NCBI RefSeq assembly: GCF_006345805.1
Contig: NC_042998.1
Span: 20,274,001-20,338,000, forward strand
Direction of reading: 5' to 3'
Source: Octopus sinensis
Lineage: Eukaryota
DNA length: 64,000 nt
Position 1 is the stretch's first letter, and each line of letters starts with the position of its first letter. The notes beneath the pieces were generated by a model that saw nothing but the letters and a program-made list of their open reading frames with translations, did no database searches and was not told the DNA's origin. The position numbers and the translations under genes are program-made. Positions 1 to 12,457 of this stretch are shown one piece after another.

Positions 1-144
1 CCGAGGTTGACTTTGCCTTTCATCCTTTCGGGGTCGATTAAATAAGTACCAGTTACGCACTGGGGTCGATATAATCGACTTAATCCGTTTGTCTGTCCTT
101 GTTTGTCCTCTCTGTGTTTAACCCTTGTGAGTAGTAAAGAAATA
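1..144 (+). mobile_element. tRNA-derived SINE, family A (3' part, cut by the window edge)
   Basis: Body ccgaggt(c/t)gactttgcctttcatcctttcggggtcgat...gtagtaaagaaata recurs many times in the window. Confidence 0.85.
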
Positions 145-518
145 ACTTACTGGGTGAATCTGGTCTATTCAAGCCCTATCACCAGTGTTTTGTTTTAAAA
201 CTTTTGTTTCGAATTTAGAAGGAACGGCAACAGTTTTGAAAGAAGGGCGTTCAGTTGATACTGTTGAGTCAGACATTATTAGGACTTTCATTTTATTGGC
301 CTTGGAGGATGACAGACAAAACTGACCGCGAAGGGATATGAACTCAGAACACAAAACGCTGGAAGAAATACGGTAAGGCATTTCGTCTGACGCTGTAACG
401 ATTCCGCCAATTTACCGATCCAAGTAAAGGTTTCAAATCTTAACACAAGGTCAGCAATTTTAAGAGAGGGGCTGATTACATTTACCCATATTCGACTGGT
501 ACTTAATTAATCGAAGAA

Positions 519-921
519 GGCGGTGAGCTGGCAGAAACGATAGCACGCCGAGCGAAATGCTTAGCGGTATTTCGTCTGCCGTTACGTTCTGAGTTCAAAT
601 TCCCCCGAGACCCATCTTTTCGGGGTCGATAAATTAAGTACCAGTTACGCACTGATGTCGATGTAATCGACTTAATACCTATGTCTGTCCTTGTTTGTCC
701 CTTCTATGTCTAGCCTCTTGTGGATAATAAAGAAATAGGTATTTCGTCTGCCGTTACGTTCTGAGTTCAAATTCCGCCGAGGTCGGCTTTGCCTTCCATC
801 CTTTCGGGGTCGATAAATTAAGTACCAGTTACGCACTGGGATCGATGTAATCGACTTAATCCGTTTGTCTCTCCTTGTTTGTCTTCTCTGTGTTTAGCCT
901 CTTGTGGGTAGTAAAGAAATA
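519..921 (+). mobile_element. SINE family A dimer (head plus two body units)
   Basis: Head ggcggtgagctggcagaaacg (A-box-like), B-box gagttcaaattcc; second unit joins at gaaata|ggtatttcg (737/738). Confidence 0.85.
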
Positions 922-2302
922 GGTACTTAATTAATCGACCCCAAAATGATGAAAGGCAATATCGTCCTCAGCGCCGCCCTATAAATTAATGGCAATTTTG
1001 GTTTTAACATTCTAATAGTATATCAATGTCATAAATGTATGCTTCCATTCCATGAGTGATGGAGACTCTGTTCTCATCATTTTAACTAAAGACTAAAGAG
1101 GACATGTACACAGCAAAATTGTTTGTTACTGTCCTTATTGTTTTTGTTGTTCTTTAGACCCATAGCAATGTGATCGAACAGATGCGTAATCAAAGTTGCT
1201 CCAGCCGCAACTATGTTATTTTTGCATAATGTTTCCTTGTGGAGACTTGACTGTTATTTCTCGCTTGTAGAACGACCACATTGAGGTTCCACATTTGGCT
1301 TAGAACTAGAATACTTGGTTTCATGTATGATATATTGTAGACTAATGTTGCTAGTTAACTAAGTTGTGCATATCTTGTATTTGATTCCTGGTCATTGTCT
1401 ATGCATGACACGGGGGTGCCGCTGTTGCCATTGCTATAAGCATCCTGTGCGAAATACCTTGCGAAATACGTTTTGAGTTCAAATCCTGCCGAGGTCAATC
1501 TTACCTCTCGTCTTTCCGGGGTTAATAATATAAAGCACCGATTAGGTACCAACGTCTATATTATCAGCTAACTCTTACCCTATTTCTGTCCTTGTATCTA
1601 TCTTAGAAACAATTTATAATTCAGAGTAGATGCTATTATCACAGTAAACCGTAAACAGAGCTGAATACACTTTGAGTGGTATAAATATTACAGGGAAAAT
1701 TCTAGCAAATAATCCCAATCATGGCACTACAAATTTGAGAATCACTTAAAATCCTTTCGAAATAGCCCCAAAGGAAAATAAGAATCCGATTCGTCAAATA
1801 TTTTCTCGCCATTGATAAACATCAAGTCTTTTATATTAATCTAGAATATGTTCTTATAACTACTTCTTAAGTTAATGCATCTGCTGTTGTCTGAAAATGT
1901 TTCTAAACCCAGTCATTGTATAATTGATTATGTCCAAAGGGAATTAATTTGGACATTTAATATGGAAATATTGAAGACTTAGAATGTTGCTTTTGGCATA
2001 ATCTATTATACACTTGCAACATAAAAGTATTAGGATCAAAGCATTTGACTTTACTATATTATAGTTTTTACAATTATACTACACTGAAATAATTTAGTCA
2101 TATAACACGAAGCATTTTAATTGCAACAATAACCAGACCAGCTAGATATTAAAAAGTGATAAATTAAAAAGCGATAAACTTAAAAGTGAATAACGCATTG
2201 TTGTCGTATATTACTCCATTTCTAGAAATACGCTCACGTCTGGAATAGTTGTCAGCATAGATTTGCTTCATCAGTGTTACGCTTAGGGAAAAGTCATTAT
2301 TA

Positions 2303-3586
2303 TTATCTGGTCATTAAAAATGAAATGTCTGATTTTGAACTGAAAGTTTATCTTAATTTCTCTCAACAAAAAACAATGCAGTTAATCAAAGTATGCACCT
2401 AAATTATCAACACAATTTTGCCATCTTATCGGTAGTTTATTTAGCTGGTAGTGAAAAATTCTGGAGAGCAAGAGGTGATGAAATCACGAAAGGCTATTTT
2501 TGCATCTTCTTCAGATTTGAATTTTTTTTTTCTTTCCAAAAATCTGTCTAATTCCTGGAAAACGTGATAGTCATGGTCTGGTGAATATGGTAACTGACAG
2601 AGTACTTCCCGGTTCAGTTCCTGTAACTTGAGTAGAGTTCTTTGTGCAACATGTGGTCGAGAACCGTCTTGCAAGAAAATTGACCAGTCTCTATTGACCA
2701 ATCTTGGTTGTTTAATTGCAAGTTCATTCATCATTTCATCCAATTGGTTGATGTATACGTCCGCTGCAATTGACTTACCAGGTCTCATGAAGCTGTAGTG
2801 GATGACACCAGCGCTGCACCACCAGACACCATTAGCGCTGGACCACAGGATAACATATTCTTTTTTTGGATTGTGTTTTGGCACTTCGTCTCTATTCAAC
2901 CACTGTTCAGAACGCTTGCTACTCTGGAAAAGAATCCAGTTTTCATCACACGTAACCATACGATGCAAAAATGGTATACTTTTATGCGTGACAGCAAAGA
3001 ACAGAATGTTTCAAGAAGACGTGTCATTTTATGCTTGTTCAGTTCGTGTGGTAACCACTTGTCCAACTTCCTTACCTTGCCGATTTGTTTCAGATGGTCC
3101 AATACAGTTGGAATCGAAACATCAAAGCTTGTTGCTAACTCACGCATAGTATGAGATGTATCCGCTTCCACCACAGTTTCCAGCTCATGATTACCCACCT
3201 TGGTCACAAGTCTACCATGGGCCTGATTTTCAAGAGTAAAGTCCCCAGATTGGAACTTCTCAAACCATCGACGTACAGTGCACTCATTCGCCACATCTTC
3301 ACCAAACACCTCATTGATGTTTCGAACTTTCTGAGAATCATTGGTTCCACAGCAGAACTCATATTCATAAACAACAGGTTTTTTTTATCTATCCATGAGT
3401 TCACAAACATTGATTTACAAAAGAAAACTCACAATATAAACAGACACCATGAATTGCATTTCGAAAAGGGATGATGTAGCTCTTCAATGTTGTACAACAA
3501 AGAATTGTCGGGATAAAAGCATTAGAGTTAACAACTGTCAGACTTGGTGCATAAGAAAATCGGACATTTCATTCATGACCTGATAT
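2303..3586 (-). mobile_element. Full-length decayed mariner transposon
   Basis: About 1.28 kb with imperfect TIRs (ttatctggtcattaaaaatgaaatgtctgatttt versus reverse complement atatcaggtcatgaatgaaatgtccgatttt), flanked by TA at 2301-2302 and 3587-3588. Frameshifted transposase with TVRRWFEKF, KWLPHEL, CDENWI, LQDGSRPH and PYSPD..DYHVF. Confidence 0.95.
2441..3396 (-). pseudogene. Mariner transposase pseudogene
   Basis: ORFs 2896-3309 and 2441-2968 lie in different frames; the LAPS residues of YSPDLAPSD are deleted. Confidence 0.9.
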
Positions 3587-4317
3587 TAAGAACAACAGTG
3601 ATAAAAGTAACCCAATTATAGGTTGGGTTATATAACATGGTTTTATCACTTTGTATATGGCATCAAATGTTACCAAACATTGTATGATACGAAGTAACCA
3701 AGCGAATCAAATATTAATTTATGCCAACCAATCTTTCTGGCTTATATTCGGTCCACAGAGATCGCTATCTTTCATGGTTCTTTGCAGCAGTAAAATGATA
3801 TATTTAACGAGAGCTTCTTTGATTATATATCTTTGGTCATTCCATCCCTGAAACCAAGCAGCAATAATAATAACTGTATTATACTTCGTTCCACGAACCA
3901 GCAAATGAAAATTAAGAATTTCCAAGTTCAGTATTTCAGCACATAATCACAATTAGTTACGCTGATATTGTATAGATGGCGGATGGAAAAAAAGTGATAT
4001 CGTATATGATTGATGAAAAATCCTTTATCTTGGGTGTGACTAGTTCGAATCTTCCCGGAGTCACTAGTCTGTAAAAAGTTGCGTTCTGTTGAAGCAGAAT
4101 TCCCCAAACTCCGGATGAAATTTCATCAAGTACATGCAAGCTTTTACTGTAACTAAACTGATGTCTAAACAATAATGTATCTATTCAATCTCAAAAGGCT
4201 CCGATAGATTCGAACGTGGATATGCTTGACATTGTTTTTTTCGTTATTGAAGAACATATCCTTCATGAAGGCGATGTGCGTTCATAACACACCCGATTCA
4301 TTTTCGTAAGGGTACCT

Positions 4318-4361
4318 TGATACAATCGGTGTTTCGATCTTATTACGTGTTTCATCAGTCA
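4318..4361 (-). ncRNA. Degenerate type I hammerhead-like motif
   Basis: Minus strand reads tga CTGATGA aacacgtaataagatc GAAAC a ccgat t GTA tca. Core and cleavage triplet are intact, stem II does not pair. Confidence 0.35.
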
Positions 4362-4803
4362 CTGGATCAACGAACTAAACGAACTAAACTAAATTTATAG
4401 AAATCAGTAAACAAATTGTTCCCTAGTACGTGCTTATATCTGCGAAACTGATAATAGTCCATGAGGTACAGAGATGCCCTGCGATAAATAATTCGACAGC
4501 GGTCAATGCATTCACGTTCGAATTTGACAGGGCGTATTAAAAATGAATAGCTAGTTTAATGTTTAGATTCTGGCTGTTTTGCTTTAAAAAAACACCTCGT
4601 GAAGCTAAGGTCATTTTTGGTGGTAAGATTTAAACATTCTTAATCACACAAAATCTTCAAAACATCGAAACCAGACGATGTACCTCGGAGACGTTTACAT
4701 TTCTAAAATGAAAACAATTTCCAACGCTGCCCCACACTTATTCACACATACATTCATAGACACACAAGTAAAATATATACATACACGTGCATATATGAGT
4801 GTA

Positions 4804-4911
<108 letters not shown>

Positions 4912-5269
4912 ATGCTAGTGGAAAACAAAGTGTTAGTGGCAGAGGTAGAAAAAACCGTATTTTAATCTTTTGATCATGATAATTTCACAGTTCTAATTTT
5001 TTTTTAATAATGAGATTTAATTAAAAACAGAAAGTAATTAGGAAGAGTTATCAAATTTTTATTACAAATACCAATAATAGTGGCTACATAAACTATCATC
5101 ATCTGAAAATTTATTATAACTATCAAAGATTTATTTCGAAAGCGTCTAGGTTACTTAAGAAACAAGCAAAGGAAAAACTAACTGCGGTATAGACCAAGTA
5201 CATAAGAATTCATTTCATATGATAATATATTAACGTTGCTCTGTAGATTTAATAACAAATATGTCCCAT

Positions 5270-5432
5270 GAAGCGATTCAATCATACACAGTTTTCGTCT
5301 ACCAAATCCACTCACAACGCTTTGATCGGCCCGAGGCTATAGCAGAGAACACTTACCCAAGGTACTATGCAGTGGGACTGAACCTGGAACCATGGGACTT
5401 GGCAAGCAAGCTTTCACCACACAGCCACACCT
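5270..5432 (-). mobile_element. CORE-type SINE family B, head fragment
   Basis: Reverse complement of tRNA-like head plus CORE-like ccttgggtaagtgttctctgctatagcctcgggccga. Confidence 0.8.
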
Positions 5433-5610
5433 GCTCATTTTTTTCCCTCTGTCTTCCCTTTACTGGATCTTTCCTTCTCCTATGTTTCCAACGAAGAGCT
5501 CCGCTCGAAACGTTAAACCCTCCTTCTTTTCTTCTTTCCTGAGCATCCAATAATACTATATTTGTTCCACGTCCTCGCGTTGTTGTTTTTTTTGTGCTTT
5601 CTTGTTTGGA

Positions 5611-5648
<38 letters not shown>

Positions 5649-6325
5649 ATTGGTGAATTGAAGAAATGGAGCTGAACACAATATGGTCCCATTATTCAAT
5701 CGGATTTTGGTAATTTGTGCCTTTCGAAACACGTGTAGAATGAAATAAAACGATTTCTGTTCAATCTGCGTTCAGCTCCATTTCTTCATTCACCAATAAT
5801 GTTTTAATTTCAATTATCCGCACCAACGCACGGTTGCAACGCCAGATGGTTGTACCTCCAACCGTGCTGTTTACTGCTGTGATTTTTGCTACTAAGGTAT
5901 CGGTTAAACTTTTGATTAATCTACTACAAGATTATTCATCTTTCTATTTCACATAATATATATATATATAATTCTGAGATTGAATCGGCAGTTTATATTT
6001 GCTGCTGATAAGATTGGCGCGATTGCGCTGGTCTTCGAAAATTTAAGACAGATATTCCAGAGGCTTCGATGCGTTAGCCTCGTGTATATTTGCCTCCTCC
6101 AAAGGTTTCTTTACCGACGAAGCGTGACCTATGGTAGATTAGCTTAATTTAATTTAATTAAGCTGGTCTATCATTAAAAACGCAGAAACGATGCATCGTC
6201 TAAAAGATGAATTAGGGTAAACGTTTTTAACTTTTCACCTATTTCCGAATTATATTACTTTGCGGTTAGAGTTATGGCTGCTCTGTCTAGTGGACGAATG
6301 GCCTGTTAAGGCCATTCCTAAATTG

Positions 6326-6330
<5 letters not shown>
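5433..6330 (+). repeat. Cluster of Penelope-like terminal-repeat relics separated by (TA)n tracts
   Basis: Three modules each end in (TA)n (about 5620, 5960, 6325); hammerhead-shaped motif at 5484-5518; 36-bp inverted repeat at 5641-5677 and 5770-5805. The Penelope assignment is inference. Confidence 0.45.
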
Positions 6331-6361
<31 letters not shown>

Positions 6362-7911
6362 TATAAATATTATTTCAAAGCAATCGTATTATTTTCCAGC
6401 TAAATAAAGCACCTTTGTGTTGTATTACTACTTCTCAAAACCCATGCCTACTGGGCCCCGGAAGCAGCAACTATCTTATAAATATTTATTGCAACATAAA
6501 TATTTATAAGATTGTATAAGACTACAAAATAATTTATTAGACTTTACAAGACTTTAAAAAACTTTATAAAAAGGTGTTCAAAATGTCATCCTACATTTTC
6601 AATACATAAGTTGACTCTTCTACACATGTTTTGAAATACATCTTGGGGATTTCTTACTCAGTTGCCACTAGAGTTCCTAACGCATCGGTCTTCACCTTAA
6701 TGTTTAAAAGCCATATACTTTCATTCGTTGTCTTGTAACCTGATATGTTACAATTCCAAATACGAACCTCTGATGGGTTCGACAAAGAGACCCCTTGGTT
6801 TTGTTCGACCTTCAAAACATGATACTTAATTTCATGCAAATCACAACTTTTTACACACTACAAAAGGAAGTATATTTCGGATGATATGGTTTGATAGTGT
6901 CTATCTAAAACATATGACGGTATAATCAAAGAGAGGACGTTTTTTTATCATAGATCCACACACTTGGATCGCAGCTGACTTGGAGATAATCAACAGCAAT
7001 TAACGTCAGTAACAAATTCACTGTACGTTTCCCGTTTTGTTTCTGCGTAGTTTCCTCACTGTGAAAGGTTATATCTATAATCCATATCAATTTCAAGGGA
7101 TTATTTTCTAAAATATCATTTGGTATCCTGGTGTTAGGCATATTGCATTCAACATTCCATTATAGCTTGCGTTGTTTATACTCCAGTGTGTAAGCTTTAA
7201 TCCATATGGTTTTTATAACACGCTGAATATCTTTCAATAAATCTTTATTACTTTTTCCTCGGCTCATGCATTAACCATCAATGAATTATCACGACTTTTG
7301 ACGTAATAATTCCCAGAGAGTATTTTAGCTCCAGCAGTAGGTAATTGACTGTTTTATTTTGTTTTGTTAGTTTTTTTTTTCTTGCATTCTCATTGCATTG
7401 TCTGCATAAATGTAATATCACTTCTGTCCTTTCAATATCTTCTATGCTCTTGTTTCTAACATTTGTTCCTGCATGACAATGACAGAACACGTTTTCCTGA
7501 AATTCATCTTACAGCTTAAGAATGCGTGGCTTTTTATCTACGCCAGTAAAGATTTCATTATGTTGTATTATATATATAGATATATGCAGCTTTATTCACT
7601 CTGAGCCTTCTTATAATTTTTCTTTATAGATTCCGCAAAATTTCCTTTCTATTCGTTCCTTATATTTCTTATCTCTCTATCACAAAATTTCACTTTTTTT
7701 TGTCCAAAACTGGATATCATATATTCTATTTTTCTTTTAATAAAGCAGTTGTGTTTATTCGTTTTTCCTTCTTCCATGAAGTATATAGTCAAACATGGTG
7801 ATTGCCATACAATATATCATTATGGATTTCGTTTCCTTATTTGTTACACATCCATCACCAATTCTTGTGGCTTCTAATAATTTATCATTGTTTGTTCCCT
7901 GCCGGTAAAGA

Positions 7912-8025
7912 GATTATCTTTTAGAATTATCTTAATGAATTATCTTAGAATCATCTTAGAATTATCTTAAAATTATCTTAAAATTATCTTAGAATTATAT
8001 ATTGTTTTAGAATTATCTTAATGAA
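7912..8025. repeat. 11-bp minisatellite (gaattatctta)n
   Basis: About 9 imperfect copies visible. Confidence 0.8.
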
Positions 8026-8315
8026 TCCACCTAGTAATTCGTCTAGCTCACTTCCGGAAATACTCGACAGTTGTTGCTTCTCCCTACATAGATCCCCTAT
8101 TTTAAATGGTACTGTCGTGGAAGTCATCTTGGTCCGAGAAAAAAACTAGAGCACGTAGAAACTTGGCCAAACATTTATCTAAGACGGATAGAATACATAC
8201 TAAGGGCGATTTATTCGGCTAAAGCCTTCAAGGCGGTGATCCATCATGTCCGCAGTTTAATGACCGAAACAAGAAAAAGAAGGTAAATATTTCTAAATAT
8301 ATGTATAGTCATCTT

Positions 8316-8558
8316 CTTAATCCTTTTTGCCCCTTGTGGAACATAGGGCCTCAACAGTTGTTTTCCAATTTTTGCGGTCATTGGCGTGTTTCTTGGTTGC
8401 TTCCCATGTCAGGCCGGTGGTCCTGAGCTCGTCCAAAATGCTCCGCTTCCATGTCTGCTTCGGGCGTCCTCGCTTACTTTTCCCCCGCGGGTTCCAGTCA
8501 AGTGCTTATCGGGTCACATTTGAGGGTTCTTTCCGCAGTGTGTGTCGGATCCATCTCC
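8316..8558 (-). mobile_element. RTE-clade LINE 3' fragment
   Basis: Minus translation RWIRHTLRKEPSNVTR*ALDWNPRGKSKRGRPKQTWKRSILDELRTTGLTWEATKKHANDRKNWKTTVEALCSTRGKKD* matches the RTE C-terminus. Confidence 0.85.
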
Positions 8559-8576
8559 ATATGTATAGTAGTAATT

Positions 8577-8995
8577 CTCTTTACTCTCTCTTTACTCTTT
8601 TACTTGTTTCAGTCATTTGACTGCGGCCATGCTGGAGCACCGCCTTTAATCGAGCAACACGACCCCGGGACTTATTCTTTGTAAGCCCAGTACTTATTCT
8701 ATTGGTCTCTTTTGCCGAACCGCTAAGTGACGGGGACATAAACACACCAGCATCGGTTGTCAAGCGATGTTGGGGGGACAAACACAGACATACAAACATA
8801 CACGCACACACACATATATATATATATAAATATATACGACGGGCTTCTTTCAGTTTCCGTCTACCAAATCCACTCACAAGGCTTTGGTCGGCCCGAGGCT
8901 ATAGCAGAAAACACTTGCCCAAGGTGCCGCGCAGTGGGACTGAACCCGGAACGATGTGGTTGGTAAACAAGCTATTTACCACACAGCCACTCCTG
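8577..8995 (-). mobile_element. CORE-type SINE family B, full length with internal (TA/CA)n
   Basis: tRNA-like head, CORE-like block, internal microsatellite, tail ...gcatggccgcagtcaaatgactgaaacaagtaaaagag. Resembles the octopus OR-type SINEs from memory. Confidence 0.85.
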
Positions 8996-9194
8996 GGCCT
9001 ATTATTAATTTTTATTTGTAAATTTTATTTTATTTCGTCGTAAAGGTTAGTATGTAGAATTTGTGAATTGGTTATAATCTGTTTCTTATATCATATTTAT
9101 TAGTACTTGGCACATTTAAGTCAAATTAGGATTCTTTGCAAGTTTTGTTTCCGTATATGTTAGTGTTTGGAATACGTTGGTTTGCGAATACTGG

Positions 9195-9510
9195 CACTCC
9201 ATTGGTTTAGGCGACATAGGTTCCAGTTTATCCAATCAACGGAACATCCTGCTCGTGAAATTAACATGCAAGAGACTGAACATATCACAGACACACTTAC
9301 TCGTAACATAGTTACAAAGGAGATTCAGTGTGACAAAAAAAAATGACGAGGCTGGCATTTCGAAATGGAAGTATTGCTCATTTTGACCAATTGAATGAAC
9401 TGGAGCAATGTAATACAAATTGTCTTGCTCAAGGACACAACGACGCGTCGCCAGCGATCGAACTCACGACATTACGATCGTGAGTTAGATACCCTAACCA
9501 CAAAACGTCA
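9195..9510 (-). mobile_element. tRNA/CORE SINE with family-D-type tail
   Basis: Head resembles the 27153 copy; tail ttaatttcacgagcagg.tgttccgt is shared with the 42085-42470 copy. Confidence 0.7.
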
Positions 9511-9656
9511 CCCGCCTTCGTACGTTTATGAATTACAGACTGGTTCCAACCAGTTGGTTTGTATACTCACAAACAGCGTTGAAATTTTTCTCTGAGGTTG
9601 TTTGACACACGCGCGTGCACCCACTCTCACACATACAAACATATATACACACACAT

Positions 9657-9718
<62 letters not shown>

Positions 9719-9814
9719 TATATATGCATAGGACGGGCTTCTCTCAGTTTTCATCGACCAAATCCATTCACAGCACTTTGGTAAGAGCGAGACTATAGCT
9801 CGCTAGCCACTACA

Positions 9815-10262
9815 CAGTCTTTATTTTCTCTCTTTATTTTCTCTCCTTGTTTCTTTCCGTGTTCCTTTCTGTAGAAGAGCGTAGGCTCGAAATGTTAAAG
9901 ACTTTTACACTTCCCGAGCGTTAAACTAATACAGCTGATTGTTGTCTACAGCACCTGTCTTCGTCTTTTGCTTTTTTAGTGTGAATTCTCTCCCTATATA
10001 TATATATAAATATATATACTCACACACATACACACACACATACACACACATACACACACACACACATTTCACCATGTTGAACCACTAAAGTCAACACGAT
10101 TTTTGCTTTCATTCTCTCTCTGTTTATTCCCTCTTATACCTTTCTGTCGAAGAGCATAGGCTCGAAACTTAAAAGACTTTTCCAAATTTCCCGAGTGCCA
10201 AACTAATACACTTGCTTGTTGTTCCCTACACCTGTTTTTTTTTCATTTATTAATTTGAACTA
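9815..10262 (+). repeat. Two Penelope-like terminal relics with hammerhead-shaped motifs
   Basis: cttt CTGTAGA a gagc gtag gctc GAAA tgtt aaag (9865-9900) and cttt CTGTCGA a gagc atag gctc GAAA ctta aaag (10140-10175); each module ends in a (TA)n or (CA)n tract. Confidence 0.55.
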
Positions 10263-11872
10263 CACACACACATTTTATCAGCAAACTTTATGATATTGCT
10301 AAAATTGTATGTAGACTCGCTGACTCTGTGCAGTAATTCTTGGAAACTTATAATTTCTAAATCTTCCCGTCTTTATTTCGGCTTCAAATCATGTCATTTC
10401 CTTTGATTCGTGATATATATATATACTCACACATAAATACATATGTATATATATGTGTGTGTGTGAGACAGTATGCCTGTATATATGTGTGAGTATCTGT
10501 GTTTGTGCGTGCACATGTGTGTGTGTGAGTTGTTGTATGTGTGTATGTGTGTGCTTGATTCTACGTTTTGTTTGTCTGTTATTGAACGTTGATATGAGTA
10601 TATATGAGTATACACACATGTGTGTGTGTGTGTCTGTGTATGTGAACATATGAATGTATATAGCTGCGGATTACTTTAGTTATTTCTTCACTACGTGCTC
10701 AGGAATTCCTCGCCATGAGATTTCGGAAATGATACTGAGGCTTAATGCAAAACCCAACTTGCGTGACATCTTAGTAATTTGATAATATATAATAAGCGTT
10801 TCTTTGATCTCTACGTTGTAAAACTAAAAATACCCAGCAGCTTTATTCCTGTGAGTGTACCATCTACAAAATTTATCTTTGATTGGCAAGCTGTTAACCT
10901 GACGGAATACACAAGTAGATACATACCGACAAATGTACGTGCCTTTCTGTATATGTTTATCTGTATTTGAGTCTGCGTGTTTGAGGCTGTGTGTGAATGT
11001 ATGTATTTGTGTGTGTTTGTGCGTATGTATGTATGTGTGTTTGTGTGTTCCTGGTTTGGGGTTTAAAGCCTTATTTAAACGCCCTCTCTGCCATATCTGA
11101 TAAGATTATAAACGATTAAAATAAAAATAAATTATGACTATTTTATTCTTTTTAGCATTCTGTGAGCAACTATTCACCCTTTTAATATTGGTTTCAAATT
11201 TTGGTGCAAGACCAGCAGGTTTGAAGGAGCGACTAGATCAATTAAATCGACCCCAGTATTCAACTGGTATCTATTTTATCGACCCTGAAACGATGAAAGG
11301 CAAACTTGACACCGGTGGAATTTGAACTCATCACACTTTAACTATAAAGGAGCCATTCCAGATTGTCATTACCAGATATGGAGATCGTCAGTAATGTATG
11401 AACTGGAGCGAGTTCACGAATCCCGCCATTCTTGTGATAACGGTTATTTAAACAAACCTTTATTTTCTACACAAGATCTATAAAACTCCTCATTAGTGAT
11501 CCATAAATGTCCTCTTTTTTTATTTTTAAATTCTTGTTCCAAATCGAAAGCTGCCGTATACGACAGAGAATTGATTTATATTTTGTTGTCTCAGACAACA
11601 GTTTTGTATTCTAATTTGGTCTTGATTTTCAGATTCTAATAATATTCTTTTAATCTGAAAGTCTTTGAACTATTCGTATTGGTTACTTCTTTGTTTTGTT
11701 TATATTTTTCTTTGTTGTTTACATTTATTGTTCTCGTTTCGATTGTTCTATCTTCAGTGTTCAGATTTATCAATGCAGATCCTATCTTTTTGTCAGGACA
11801 TGCCTTTTATCGCGTGTATTTTATGAATTACCGCGGCAAATATAACTTACTCTAGAATTATATTTATAAAAA

Positions 11873-12457
11873 GGCGGCGAGCTGGCAGAAACGTTAGCGC
11901 ACCGAGCGAAATGCTTACCGGTATTTCGTCTGCCGCTACACTCTGAGTTCAAATTCCGCCGAAGTCGACTTTGCCTTTCATCCTTTCGGGGTCGATAAAT
12001 TAAGTACCAGTTACGCACTGGGGTCGATATAATCGACTTAATCCGTTTGTCTGTCCTTGTTGGTCCCCTCTGTGTTTAACCCCTTGTGGGTAGTAACGAA
12101 ATAGGTATTTCGTCTGCCGCTTCGTTCTGAGTTCAAATTCCACCGAGGTCGACTTTGCCTTTCATCCTTTCGGGGTCGATTAAATAAGTACCAGTTACGC
12201 ACTGGGGTCGATATAATCGACTTAATCCGTTTGTCTGTCCTTGTTGGTCCCCTCTGTGTTTAACCCCTTGTGGGTAGTAAAGAAATAGGTATTTCGTCTG
12301 CCGCTTCGTTCTGAGTTCAAATTCCACCGAGGTCGACTTTGCCTTTCATCCTTTCGGGGTCGATTAAATAAGTACCAGTTACGCACTGGGGTCGATATAA
12401 TCAACTTAATCCGTTTGTCCCCTCTGTGTGTAGCCCCTTGTGGGCAGTAAAGAAATA
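11873..12457 (+). mobile_element. SINE family A trimer, 184-bp period
   Basis: Units start at 11920, 12104 and 12288 (ggtatttcgtctgcc). Confidence 0.9.

Noticed and set aside
2225-2280. CTGATGA-agc..gct on the minus strand
   Set aside because: It is followed by GACA rather than GAAA and has no stem I partner.
6400-7900. Several short minus-strand ORFs that could be one decayed gene
   Set aside because: I recognise no motif and there are many stops; TBLASTX would be needed.
8314-8340. RTE 3' end (ttaatcc..gccccttgtgg on +) resembles the SINE-A tail
   Set aside because: Only 7- and 11-nt matches, and in the antisense orientation relative to a partner-LINE tail; chance is not excluded.
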